DNA of 64,000 nt from Squalus acanthias (lineage: Eukaryota), in NCBI GenBank assembly GCA_030390025.1, contig CM059435.1:77376001-77440000 (forward strand), given 5' to 3'. A program made the position numbers and the translations under genes. The stretch's first letter is position 1. Each line of letters begins with the position of its first letter. The notes beneath the pieces were generated by a model. It made no database searches, had not been told where the DNA came from, and worked only from the letters and a program-made list of their open reading frames with translations. Below, piece after piece: positions 10,658-24,279 of the stretch.

Positions 10658-13654
10658 TTCCCTCATTTTGCCACAGGATGCCCTACACATAACTGAGTGT
10701 GAAATAAAGCTAAGCCACTAATCAACACTTTATTAAATCCATCCACTTGTAAAATTAAAAGCAGTGAATTTCATCATAACTAGCAGCTGACCAAAGTTAT
10801 ACTGTACCTTAGGTTAAGCGCCTTGGAACTAAGGTGCTATATAAATGCAAGTTGTTGTTGACACTTTAGGTGCTATTTAAACCAAAATATTTTGATCATT
10901 TTTAGTGGTAGATTGGGGAGATGGGGTGGACAGCAGTTTGCCTGCAATTACTATATTTTTCTTTAGTTCTGCATTTACATCCTTGACTGCACTATTGTTT
11001 ATGATCTCAAATAGAACACCTATCATCTCCATTGCTAAAATTGGCTCCGAGAAGCTTAGTTTCCTACTGTGAGCCAATTAATTATTTTCCCTCAACTTCT
11101 AATTCTACGTGTATAAAGCTGGCATCTATCCATGATTTGAATACTGTTCCCAGATCCTCAGTCCATCTCGGTTAATGATGGCATCATTCTTCCTCCCCGA
11201 ACCCAAAGTGCTGCTCTCAGCTTCGCCCCTCTTTTATTCCCCCAAAGTAACACACGCAGTTTATTAATGCAACAATTTATCTGGATCACTCAGGCAGGGT
11301 GTTCCTCTAAGCCCAACAAAGGTGCCCTAGGTAAGCAGGCCCATGGTGCAGTAGTAGCGGAGGATGAAATGGAGGAAGCAGAGATGCAGCCAGGAAGATT
11401 GGTGCAGTAAGCATTCATTGATAACTGCTTCCAGTAATTCCCAAATCGGACCCCCTGACCAAGTCTGGCATTCAAATGAAACACCACCCAGTGTAACCAG
11501 AGACAATGCTGTCCATCTTCATCTGTTGTACTTTAATTGCCATCTTACACCATCCTGCCATCAGTTGGTACCTTAATGTGGCCATTCTCAGCAAAAACTA
11601 CCTTCACAAAGAGGACATAGTGTTAAACATTTATTACAGAGTACAGTATTTACAAATGGAGGTGCCATCATTTATTCAATTTGTCTTTAAGTATTGTTCC
11701 ATTAATCCCATAATACGTCTGCTTGTTTCATATCTCAAAGTGCATGATTTTACACTTATCTACATTAAACTGCATATGCCATTGACCACCCACCTCCCCA
11801 AGTGCCCTGTAGCTTGCCCCACCTTCGGAGTGGGGGGACTAAAGAAAAGACAAACCAACTTTTTTAAAAAGGAAGGGATTTTAAATGGAAATTAGCAAAT
11901 ATATTTGTAGGTATTCCTGCTTTAAAGAGCACAGAACCAACATTTAATCAGAAATTAACAGCAACTCTCTTATTCAACATATAATTCTGAAGCATCTTTC
12001 ATCTGAGTGATTATTTGATCTTGGCTACATACATATCAAACAATAAAATGTACTTCTCATTTTACAAGGTAGAAGAGCAAAAGATATCAAAAATTGCAGC
12101 AGACACACATATAAGCTTAATACACGCACTACTGTTAAAACAATTTATTTTCCTTGATGGCCTTTTGGATCAAGATTACAAATTTCATTTCATGCATAAT
12201 TTATTGATATATGCAAATGAAATGGAACTGTAACATGCTACAGGCTATTTTATTTTCTTAAAGCTACATTATTAATTCTGTCATTATATCATAGTTACTA
12301 CATAAGTCTTCCTAAATGTGGCTTCAGTTTAGAATTTTCTGCAAAAATGCAATAAATCTCTCATTGATACAACAGAACTCTTGCATTAAAATACACTTGA
12401 ACATAAATTGTTTGAGATACATGCTGAGCTTGTAAAGTTTTATATAAGAAATGGAAGTAGTCTGGAGAAACAAACTCTTCTCAGACATGGTTAAACAGAT
12501 GGTTTGTGATCTGATTGCATCTGAATACCAAATTACCAGTAACTGCATTGTAAGACTTGTTTCCCAGTAATTCAATCATAACAGAACTTCCTATCCGAGG
12601 TTTTAATTATGGCTCACAGAGCAAGCAGCTGGAAAGCATATAGCTGCAATTCTGTTCTATAATAATTATATTAATTCTAATTAGAGCAGACACTCTCAGG
12701 GCAGGAAGTAATCACTGCGCAATCAGAAAAAAGCAGATCACAGAATATTTATGTAGTTGGAAATGCAGCAACTTGTTAGGATGTTCATACAGTGCTTGCA
12801 GGATGTCGTGGCACAGGTGGCTGCTCTTTCCTCTCTGCTTCCGGAGGCCTGTACTTCATTCAGATCCGTGGTTCAGGATGAGATGGGACCATGTGTTCCA
12901 TTTTAAAATGCAAGAGACAGTACACATTGCTGGTTATTATAGACAGTGGGTAGTATATCAGATTGTTGTGGTAGAAAAACAAAAGTGGAAACCATTTTAA
13001 ACACAGCTGAGGTGCCACTGAGTAGCAGGACACAGATTTGTGATTCCCCCACGTGATGAGTTTCTGACCTCGGATATGATTTTGTGAGGAGGTGCAAGTG
13101 AAAGCCACACACCTATGTAAGGAAAGAGAAAAATCAGTGGACCAGTCACCTCTGGTGTTTTTTATCCACCACTTAATGTTGGTAGATAGATTGACATAGG
13201 AAGTCCTTGGTGATTATCCCCACCTCCAACCGTCCAGGGACCCTGCTGCCAATTGTAGCACCCCTACTGCCACCCCAGCTGAGATTAGTGATCAAACTTG
13301 GGACCTTCTTGGCACTGTCCAGCATCACGCCACATGATGCTGTTACTCTGAACAATCTTTAACTTCAAATCTTTCAACAAGATTTGGAGGGTTCTTGTTG
13401 TGGAAAAGGTACGCCAGTTCTCACGTGTCATGGATTGTCATGTTCCAGCTCACGCTCACATATGCATGGAGTCTAATATGTGATGGTTCTTGACCCTCAC
13501 TATTTAGGGAAGGTTAAAGCTAATCTATAAGCTCGTTTTCATCTCACTTAAGTTTTAATTTTTTTTCTTTGAGGTTGTGAACTCTTCCTTTTTCAGTTAT
13601 GTTTGCTCCTTTTTCCTCCCAGGCCACATTCAGTGCTATCGCCTGACCTGGCTG

Positions 13655-14654
13655 TGTTAGAAATTAGGGGTGCCTAAAAATGTATGTGGTTATGCAAATG
13701 AAACTGTGACGCAAATAATAGTGTTTAAATGATTGTATCAGTGCTCGAGACAAGTAAGGGGTTAATGTATATGTTTTATTGAGACTGCGTAAGTTTTGGT
13801 GTCCTAGAAGCTTGTATTAGAATTTGAGACAAGTGTTTTTAGTTAGTTAGATTAGATGAGGTATAACATCCCACACGGGCCCACAGCATAGCCTTGCCTT
13901 TCCAGGCTAGCTGTCTGTTGTTTGCAAGTTAGGGTTTTGACTTTGTATAATGTATCTTTAATTTGGCCAATGAAGGCCCAACCTATGTTTCTTCCATTAT
14001 TAATAACCATATTATAATACTACGGTAGGAATTGGAGTTCGTTTAACAGAATGGCTCGCTAAGATGCGTAAGGTCACCAGCATGTAAGAATAGAATTTAA
14101 TGATTCATTTCATGGTACAGCAGTCTGATAATGAATTGAAATAGTCAGGTTGTACAGCTGGCTGCCTGCATGGTCAGCTTTGAACATAAACAACTGATGA
14201 GCAGTTACGAACAATGAGGCCTCTGGTTGAAGACGTCTGAAGGCCAAGCTTGGTGTGCATGGGCTACTGACTCCAGAGCAGGGAGGACAAGACAGGATGG
14301 GATAAGAGACTATAGCTTTGGGGGGAAAGGGCCGGACGCGATAAGAGGGCGCCCAAGAGTGAAATCGGTGGTCTAACACTCTTCCCAGGGTGGACCCATG
14401 CTGACTCTAGTCTAACACTCTTGGGTAGTTCAGAAAGAGAGAGACACGAGACCAGAAGGAGAATGAATAACAAGAGTTGTTCGTGCACGCTAGCTGGCTG
14501 TCCGATCGGGTCCGGTACCAGCTGCTTGTCACGGTTGTATGTTTTTGCTGTATAACTAGTGTGTTATATTCCGTCTTAAACTCCGATTAAACACAATATA
14601 CCTACCATATTGGTTTGCACTCAATCCTGATTATTTGAAGTACCAGAGATAAAC
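13655..14654 (+). mobile_element. Probable solo LTR
   Basis: About 1 kb of distinct, CpG-retaining sequence starting TGTTAG and ending ATAAAC; TATA-like gataagagggcgccc near 14340 and ATTAAA near 14587. No TSD confirmed; the start is uncertain. Confidence 0.5.
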
Positions 14655-15454
14655 GCCCACATCCCATGAATGAATATTTAAAAAAATCTACAGCTGAGAC
14701 AAGGGAGTCAGTGTATGAAGGATTCACACTTGGTCCCACCACACTGTTAAACCCTAACCATTGGTGTATAGGTAGGACCACCTTTATTCACCCTCCCCCA
14801 CCCAGCCAAGTCAACTAAACCTGGGATCAAAACCTAACATATCGCTTTAATCTTTAAATACGTATGCAAAGCTATGGTAATGTACCATTGCAGACTTCTG
14901 GAATCACCGTGCAACCAAAGTGTACAACGGCTTCACAAAATATTTATCTGTCTTTAAGTTCTTATAAGCTTGGAAGAACTTGCATCAAGAATTAAAATAT
15001 TTGCATTGTTAATGCATCTTTCAGATTACGGCAGTGTTGCTGCAAGAGCACAGATTGTATAATAAATACAATCAGCAGCTGTATGTTCATGGGGTCATTT
15101 GCAGAATTATTATACATAAATAGATGCTTGGCATTTGCACCAGCAGAAGTGTTTGGTTGCAGTGGTGTACTGGTTTTATAACCACAACTACCCCATCTGT
15201 TGTTGAGGAATGGGGTGCAATTTTGTGACATTTTACAATACACTGCAGGTTATAAAATAAATAAAACCAAAATCAAGCCTATTTCAATACAATGACTCCC
15301 ACCCCCCACTGCTGAAGCCCAGCTTCAGTGGAAGTGATGCTCAATCCTCAGAGCAGCACCAAAGCTGCCTGACTCCTGTAATAAAACACATACAACAACA
15401 CAAATCAACATGAACTCTCCCTTCAATTTATGTTTCCCTCCCTCCCCCCCCCCC

Positions 15455-15665
15455 CCAAAGTTTGTGTTGCTTTCTCCCTCCTGTTTGTTTCACTCTCCAT
15501 CCCGTGTGTGTTTCTCCCTCCCCAGTTTCTTTCTCTCCCTCCCTCTCCAGTTTGTGTTGCTCTCTTTCTCCCTGCCCAGTTTGTGTTTCACTCTCTCTCC
15601 CTCGCCAGTTTGTGTTGCTTTCTCTCTCCCTCGCCAGTTTGTGTTGGTCTCCCTCCCTCACCCCA
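15455..15665. repeat. Pyrimidine-rich minisatellite (unit ~30 bp, ccagtttgtgttgctttctctctccctcg)
   Basis: About 6-7 imperfect tandem units visible directly. Confidence 0.9.
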
Positions 15666-15849
15666 GTTGCTCAGCCTACCTCCTTCAATTTATGAGTTGT
15701 AAACTTGTAATCCTCACACTAGATGGCATTATTCAGCACAAGTCTCCATTTTACCTGAATCAAATTTTATAGAAGTAAAAAAATCAAACAAACATTGTGC
15801 ACCGACAGATCTTTAGATAAAGTGTCCTTTAAAGTACATAAAATTCACA

Positions 15850-15855
15850 TTTATT
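15850..15855 (-). terminator. Candidate distal polyadenylation signal AATAAA
   Basis: tttatt on the plus strand; on the transcript a TGTAAATA element lies just upstream and tgtttgtttgattttttt downstream. Confidence 0.5.
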
Positions 15856-16164
15856 TTCACATATTTACAGAAGGGATTTTATACACATTTTCTCAAACCA
15901 TTTGTACAATTGTTTTAAATTGATTTCTTCATCCCCTCCCCAAAAAATCATGTCTCCTCTTCACTTAAAGGCAATGACCACCAGGATACAGTTTCATTGG
16001 TACCAACAACCCTTTAGTACCTTGTTTAAGTGGGTATTCTTCATGTCAGGTCATTCACCATGTGAGGCGTCACCTATTTCTGTCTTTACCCATACATGCA
16101 CTTCCCCACAGGAGTCATTGGGTGGAAGTTCGGAATGAGAGATCATGAAGAACAAATGAACAAA

Positions 16165-16365
16165 CGTGCATTTATAGAATGCCTTTCACTATCTCAGGAC
16201 ATCCGAAAGCACTTTACAGCCAATGAAGTACTTTTGAAGTGTAGTCGCTGTTGTAATGTAGGAAATACGGCAGCCAATTTGCGTACAGCAAGCTCCCACA
16301 AACATCAATGTGATAACCAGATAATCAGTTTCTGATGTTGTTTGAGAGATAAATATTAGCCAGAA
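16165..16365 (-). mobile_element. SacSINE1-like Deu-SINE 3' half inside the putative 3' UTR
   Basis: tttacagccaatgaagtacttttgaagtgtagtcgctgttgtaatgtaggaaa...gcagccaatttgcg matches 26163-26374. Confidence 0.85.
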
Positions 16366-19300
16366 CACAGTTTTCAAAATCATTTTTGTAAGGTGTGAGC
16401 ACACCTAATTTTGATGGGAGCAAAGTTCAGGATCATTTTTAGCACATGTTTTATAGCAGGTCGCTAATGGAACATATGCTTATTGCTAAAAATGACAAGC
16501 AAATAACCTAATTGAGTTATTCTCAAAATTTTAACAACTGGTTAAGTATACCAAAAAACCTCAACCTCTCGCACTCCTAAAGAGATGGATACTAGTAAAT
16601 CTGAAAAAATTCTCTCTACTTGTTTTTATCTCTTCCCTATCCCTTCTGTTGTTTTCCTTCCCTTTCTCCTTCCTTCTCTCTTTTCTCCTTCCCTTGTCTC
16701 CCTTCTTCTATACTTTAACCACTCCCTGGTACAGTATAACATCTGTGATGCATTGATGCTGTTCTGTTGACTAAATCTTGCAAAAAGAATACAAGGATAA
16801 TTATAGACTGAACAAATATTCCAGGAGACACAATAGTTCCTATGCTGTTGAGACTGTTGTCTGATGCATAGCAGGCCAAGGTTGAAACGTGCACATGATA
16901 ATGAATTAATATATGGATTTACATTATTAATTTTGGAGATCAGAGTGTATGCAGAACATTCCCACATGAGATTAAATGGGTTGGCTAGAGTCCATAAAAA
17001 GGTAATTTGCACATGGTTGATGGAAGGAGTGGGCTTCATATACTGAATAACTTTTTCAATTACCTTTACATTCTTACAGCTTGCCTCCTCCGTCACACGA
17101 TGGAGCTGTAACATATTACCACTAGCTTTAGTTTGTGTAAAATAAATCTGGTTAGACAACTGGATTCAGATTAAAAGTTACATTTGGATTTTGTGCAATG
17201 AAATACTGGCCTAAAAATACTATTCCACACTTAGTTTCAGCTGCATTTTGTTGTTTTTCTGAATTTTGTTGTTTTTCTACAAGTTATTCAGCACAGAGCA
17301 GACAGTCTGAGGCACAAAGAACGCAAGAAAGCATGGAATGAGAAAAGGCGTTGGCCTATATATATCTCTGAGAGTATCTTCTAAATGCAAGTTTAACACT
17401 TCTTGAAAGAAGTGTCTGTTCCAATTGATCAACATCCCATTTTCAGTTATTGAAATCATACAGCAGACTAATAGGCTTATCAATTTGTTTATTAAATTGT
17501 TTTGAAGCATCAGGACCTTTATAGTACATTTACATAGAAGACTGAAGCCTACTTTTCCACAACTTGACACCATATCTACATTATCGGACTGTGTTAAACA
17601 CATCACTTTTGGCCTCAACACTCTATTTAGGTAGCAACAGCAGCAGAGCTGTGTCTACAGTCTGTTCCCTTTTACACAATTCAACACAAGGAGAGAGTAA
17701 ACTACAAGACAAATATGAAGGCTAAAAGAAAGCCTAAATAGGTAAATACTAAAGATTTTGCTTTTTATGAACTATAAAAAAGGTTAAAAAAAACTAGGAG
17801 ACAAAAGATTGGTGAGCTATAAATTACACATGAAAAGCAGTGGGATTTGAAGCCCCCGTGGGGAAATGAACCACAATTCACTGCTCAGCACGGTTCTTGA
17901 AATGTCGCAATCATTCTTTTGGGCATATTCTTTGCTGTTTATTTTCTTCAGGGTAACCTCAGCCCCCAAGTATAGCACCCTGGATCAGTATGTCTATCAC
18001 AGACCAGTCTGTGCTGGGGGGGGGGGGGGGGGGGGGAGAAAGAGATACAAAAAAACTCCAAAGAAATTCAAAAAGATTTTGAAAATATGTTTTAAAGCAA
18101 TAACATACTATTGATGAACTGAAGCAGGACTAGCCTATCCTCAGTTCCACAGTACACAAGCTGCTACTTTATTGCTATTCCATGAAACCTTCAACATGAT
18201 GGAAGAGAAATGAGTCTTTTGATGATGAAACCAGTTGGGTTTCCCTATTGAAAAATGTCACTGATTCCATTGAAGATTGTAAACCATGCAGCCCAAAGCA
18301 CAGCAGCATTGTGTCTCAGGAGGGTATCTCCCTCTGAATGTTAAAGGGCACTCAAGAGCCAATCGGAACACTAGGATTGCCCACCAGTATTAGAGGATAA
18401 GGATACAGAAGCTAGGTAAGAAAATGTGTTTGATTAAAGTTCTACCATTATTAATATAAAGTTCAGTGCTGCTGTTATTCCCAGCATACCAAGTTGCAGA
18501 AAGCAGCACTGAAGTGTTCAAGACCACTTACTAGTACTGCCTGAAGTGAAAGTTAGTGGGGGGAAAAGAAAGTATTTGTAGGTCTTAAGGAAATACATTT
18601 TGTTTTAATATCCTCCCTTTGGATTCCACTGCTTTAGGCAGCAGGTGACCTTTTTTGATCCAAGGCACTGCTGTACATACCTAACCAAGCCAGCATGTTA
18701 CCATGGCAATGGGCCCTTCCTGTAGAATCACATCACCAACCTTCTAAGCTGTGTATTATCTTTTTCTAACTGCATTATTCAGTGGTTGTTTTCTTTCAAA
18801 CCTTTTCATCAAGGATTGGACTCAAATAAAGCAACTAAAACTTTGTAGGAAAAAAACCTAACTGGAGTATCACCAAAATGTTTTGCAAAATTTTCCTGCT
18901 CTGTGTTGCCTGAAGTGCAGTGGCCAATAAATCAATCCTGGGAACTTTCCCATGGGACGTTATCCCTCACATTGGTAAGACATGAAAAGAAAATCAGGCA
19001 GCAGATAAATTTAAATATATCAAATTTAAGTAGCTGGAAGTTTGTGGGGAGTTATCTGCAGGTGATGTGGTGTCTCACTTGCCTCACCTGATGCACCACC
19101 TCTGGTAAGCAGTCACAACAATATCCACGGCCAATTCAGTTTTCTACAATAGCAGACTCCATTATAAAGATGGCAGCAGTCATACTCCATTTGAATGGAT
19201 ATGCTCTAGTGCGTATCTGACCCCAGGCCCTTGCAGAATATCTTCTGATCTGCTGAGCTCCTGGCATCATCCAGTGAGTGGTAATTCATATAAAAAGTGA

Positions 19301-22300
19301 GAAGCCAGACAGTAATGAGAAACTAAAAGACAGCAAGTCAGGCGCATTCTTCATCCAAATTAAGGTGTTTGTCAATTTTTGATGGGAAGAGAATAAAAGC
19401 CAGAACAACCATGCATTTATATTAGATCAAGATCACGCAAAAGTGACATGATGTTGGGTTTTCATGAAGACAATGCCCCCTTTAATAAGGGACCAAATAG
19501 TTAGAAATTTGGAGACTTAAAAAAGTGCACAGCAAACCTGTCAACTACCAGTTCCTCTTGAGGGGGTTGGGGGGGGGGGGGGGGGGGAGAGAGAGGGAGA
19601 AAAAGGGCAAAGACAATCTAAAGTGCTTTGTTCAGTGGCTCAGCATAAAACTCAAATGATTTCTAACTGTGCTTTGTAACAGCTCACGGTCCTATATAGA
19701 TTATATCAATTGGCCATGCAATCACTGCAGACTGCCAGAAAGAAAAAATGGAAAATCTCCAACCTGCAGGGTTCCCTTTAGAAGCTGCAGTTTCCTGTTC
19801 CTATTGGCACATTAGAGTTAAAAATAATGTGTTAGCAGACATTGTTACCACATAGGCAATTAATTAAAACAGACATGACAAAGTGTGTATAGATCACACA
19901 TTTTTCAGCACACATTGGCTTTTGAAAAGTAGGGAATTTCTTGAGGTAATAAATGGCATTTGTCTCAAATTCCTAAAGATTTATGTAAACAGCTATTTTA
20001 CACACACAGTACATTCCCCTTTTCTTTGTTCCATTCCGGTCAAATATTGTTACTAACAGAAATACTTGCAAGGGGTGCATTTCTGGGACCATTTCAGTAT
20101 TAGTGATAGTTGTGAAGAATACTCAGTATATCAGATGCTATGAAATAGTGTAGTGTAACCTCAATTAATGAGTAATAAACAATGTAAGTTATACCTGAGG
20201 CTATGGTTTATCAGAAAGTATAAGCATGAACATTTTTTTGCAGGATCCTCTGTTAAAGAGGCATCATGTGAAAAGGTTTGCAAAAAGAAAAAAGTTTGTC
20301 AAGCACTAACCCCATTGCATCACTAGTGAGTGATTGCATCATGAAAAAAATGACACACAGCTCTGAGCCTTCCTTTCTTCCCAAAGTTTGCCAAACCATT
20401 AAGACATTCCCCTTTAATGAAAGAGCCCTAAAACAATTATGAAATAGCAAGAGGCTTACTGGGAGGAGCTACTGTACACCAATAAGAGGGTAGCTTTTAC
20501 AAGGCTCCAAAGCATTGTTCAGGAGGCATTTGAGCCAGTTACAGTGCCCATAACCAACATTTAAAAGATCATTCAATCCTGGGCTTACATCAGATTGTGA
20601 TTCCAATGGGCATTTAATAGAGAATGCTCACATTGAAGGTTTCAACCAACCTAAAACATCATTGCAACTCGAATAGAATTTCAATCAAAATTAGACAAGA
20701 GTCCACACATCGTAGCTGAACACTAGTATTTGAGAAAAACAAAGCCCTGCCAAGGTGGCCATCTATACATTAGTGTGTGTGTCCTGTCCTTGGAAGCACT
20801 CTTAACATATTGTTTGACTAGGCCGTCACTTCCAACCTGAAAAGATGGGGACGCAATGATACATATCCTGACTATGCACAATGCCTGTGGTGCCACGAGA
20901 GTTGGGTAGCACTCAGCAACCACTGGATCCCACTCAGCAGACGGTTTTGATCTAGGCCTGTGATATTGCACAAGTCTTCAATGTAAATAGATACAAGAAA
21001 TTTGATAATGAAAAAAAACAGGAGAACAAATGAAACAGCATTTTTGTGGCCTCCATCTGAAAGCATGCACACACACACTTATGGATAACAATGTTTCAGC
21101 TATAGTTTATCCCTTCTTCATTGCCTAGAACAGGTTACACTTTTTAAAAACTGAATCTCCTTCCAGCACATGAAGCAAACCTTTATTTTTCTTTCTTTTG
21201 CTCTGAAAGAAATATAATTCCAGGCTGTAGTTGGTGGAAGCACTTCAGCATTTGACAAAGTAGTGAATGTGTATCTTGCACAACTAAGGTGGCTAGTCAA
21301 TTCCCTGCACGGTCTCACAGACATCAACTTACTTACCAAAAGCGAGCCATCAGTGATTGATTAAAACCTTAACACTCCCTTTCTTAAAAGTTGAGGTTTT
21401 GCAGGCGGTGAGGTAAATATGAAAAAGTTAAACAGAAAGAAGATAGCAGAACACCCCCAAATACAAATCACGCAGGTGGTTTGTGTTAAAAGATAAAAAG
21501 GTGCAAATATCTGACCTGAAAGATAACCTAATAAAAACACGTGTAGTTTCCTCAGAAATGTATGTTTCTAAAATCCTTTATTATTGGTAAGGTGATTTTT
21601 TTTTTTAATTCTCTTAAGGTGCTGGAGGAACTGTGCCTTTATGGTGCACCTCCTAATCTTTTTAAAGTTACTGCCTACAGAAAGGTTAGTCTGTTCCGGT
21701 GTCTGACATTGGAGCACTTTTACGACTGGAACAGATGTTCATTAACTGCTGCTTTTCCCTCTCCTGCGAGGAGAATCAGGATTTCATTCAATATCTCCCT
21801 CAATTAAATACTGCCCCAATCAAAAACTCAAAGAACACACAAGTCTCACTTTTTTAAATGTAAGACAGGACAGGAGAAACGAAGAGTGTTTACAAACATG
21901 GACGAAAGAAAATGACCCTTCACCTAATCAGAACTTGGCACTGCCACCTAAACTTAACAAAATAGAGTTTAACATTTCAGGTCACTTTCAGTCCTAGACC
22001 ACTTTCAGGATTTTACTTCTCAAAATCTTGTGCAGGAACCCCTGGCTGTTGCACTGAATTTCTTTTGATAGGAAAAATAGGATTGTGGTCTCCATTTTAT
22101 CAGCATAATACACATTATCACAGACTAATCCATGCCTTGTGTGTATGAAAGTGAGATGGACAGTTATGGTGGAAAAAAGCACAAGGACAAAGAGGAGAGA
22201 AAATGAAGAACAGAGGACAATGCGAAAATATAAGAGAAAGGCTGCTAAAAACAAATGGCACATTCTTTCTCTTGCCCCAACCAAATATTATGAACTTTTC

Positions 22301-24005
22301 TCAAAACTCTTACAAATAAGTTGGACATATTCAATGTTACTAAGGGAGCAGTGACTGAATTTATATAATTTCTAAGAGCAGTTTGTACAACATTCCTAAA
22401 TCTATATATATTGGTTACTACACTTTGGAGATGGCCTTTGTAAATGGTTTCCATTTTACTGCCTTGTAGTTAGCACACTCTAATTTAGTTTTCTGAAAAG
22501 CACCTGCCAAACTTCTACTAAATTAGAAATCTCAGCCTTTTGGAAAAAAGAATTTTGGTGAAAATTACTTTTATGTCAATCATCGGCTGTGCAAGGAGAG
22601 GCAGGAGCACTGCGTAGGTAATGAAGATTTTTCCAAGTAAATACTTGAACACCGTACCAGCTATATTGATTTGTGCGTCAGCACTTAAAAATCTCTCAGT
22701 ATACAAAGAAAACTACAAGATGCTGAAATAAGAATTATCATGGAGAAAACTTGATTGCAGGTAACCAAATATTTAGGAAGACTTCTCTATCAAAAGGAAA
22801 CAATTCTGCCAGTCTTTATATTCCTGTCAGTTTCTTATAATCATACTTCCTTCCTTCTGCCAAGAGGCCAGAGTGGTTTGAGCCACAGATTTCTTGCTGG
22901 CCACATTAACATTTTCCCAATTCAGGAAATGACGTTTGCAGGCTTCTTGCTGATTTATCATATCTGCCTCTTCAACCCCATCCCCCTACTGTGAGGCGCT
23001 TCACCTAACATTACTGCTACAGATAGCAGTGCACAAATGTGAACTGAGAATATGATTGGAAGACAGCTTCCTGCCACAGGAATCTAGTGTACTGCTAGAA
23101 AAGAAGCAATATATAAAAACATTGGACTGCTTTAAGTCAGTATTTGATCACCAATAAAATGCTGCACTGTAAAACAAATCTGTGGCTCATTCAGCAGAGC
23201 ATGTGGGGCTTCTGTACAAAGCAATGAGCAGTAAATATGCTTCATCACTGTTCAAGTTAGAGGAGAAAAATCTGCATACGTCAAAAAATGAGCACCAGAT
23301 TCACGGCTGTGAGCCACTGACCACCCAAACATAAATCAATAAAAAAAATGTATTGCCCGCACACCATGGTGACTTAAGTGCAGTTCTCTGATCAGAATAT
23401 GTTTGGCCTACCATATTTGTTTTTAATAAAAAACATTTCTACGTTTCACATCGAGAGCTCTGTCCATCAAAGGTGGCACTGAACCAATGAAGTTGGCATT
23501 CAGCCATTACATAATGGTGGCTTTTTCTCTCCTTTCCTCTACCCCCCCAAAAGCGATTGTTCTCTGGGCCTCCTGTTCTATTCGACGCAATATTATACTG
23601 GTCCCGTTATCACTTAACGGACCATAAGTGGCAGGTGCCACACTCACTCCTTTACTTTAATGCCTATTAGTATGAAAGAATAAAGCTTTTTAAGCAAACT
23701 AAATGAAAATATACAACACAACAGTCTGTTTTTAAAAAAAAATACAGTAAAATATCACAAATCCAATCTAGGGTTTTTTTTGGTAGAGAGATGGATGAGC
23801 TTATTTATATATACATTTAATATTTCCTTTCAAAATCCCCAATTCTCTCACACTGGTTGGGGTTAGTACAGTTTTGCTGTATCAACTACTGTTCTTTTTT
23901 GCCTTCATGTCAAGTACTCCATCATAAAATCTGGATACTTCAAAAGAGACAGACTGGAATGGATCTAATTTTAGCCTGACCATTACAGTTCCACCTTGCT
24001 CTGCA

Positions 24006-24279
24006 TAGAGTTGCCACCTGTTCAGTTTTTGAATGGTGCATTCAGAAATTTCTAAAATGAAAACCAGATATTAAACGTCAGTTTTTTTAATAAAACTTAG
24101 AAGTCCATTTTTTCCTCCATTGACTTCTATGTTTTATGATGTGGAAACATTAGTTATTAATGTTATTGCAGTCCTTGATTTAAAAAAAAAATCAACAGCA
24201 TGGTAAGCATCTAAACTCAACCCATGATCCCAACCTGCCCCTGGTCTGCAATTGGGTGCAGCAAAATGTGGCAACCCTA
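24006..24279. mobile_element. hAT-type (Blackjack-like) MITE
   Basis: TIRs TAGAGTTGCCAC / GTGGCAACCCTA (11/12); flanking 8-mers GCTCTGCA and GCTGAGCA (6/8) fit a decayed 8-bp TSD. Confidence 0.7.

Noticed and set aside
15410-15772. Several overlapping ORFs (likewise 35391-35735)
   Set aside because: Products of low-complexity repeats lacking stop codons; no protein features.
16626-17159. 177-aa minus-strand ORF
   Set aside because: No recognisable domain, a low-complexity end, and it lies in the putative UTR; likely chance.
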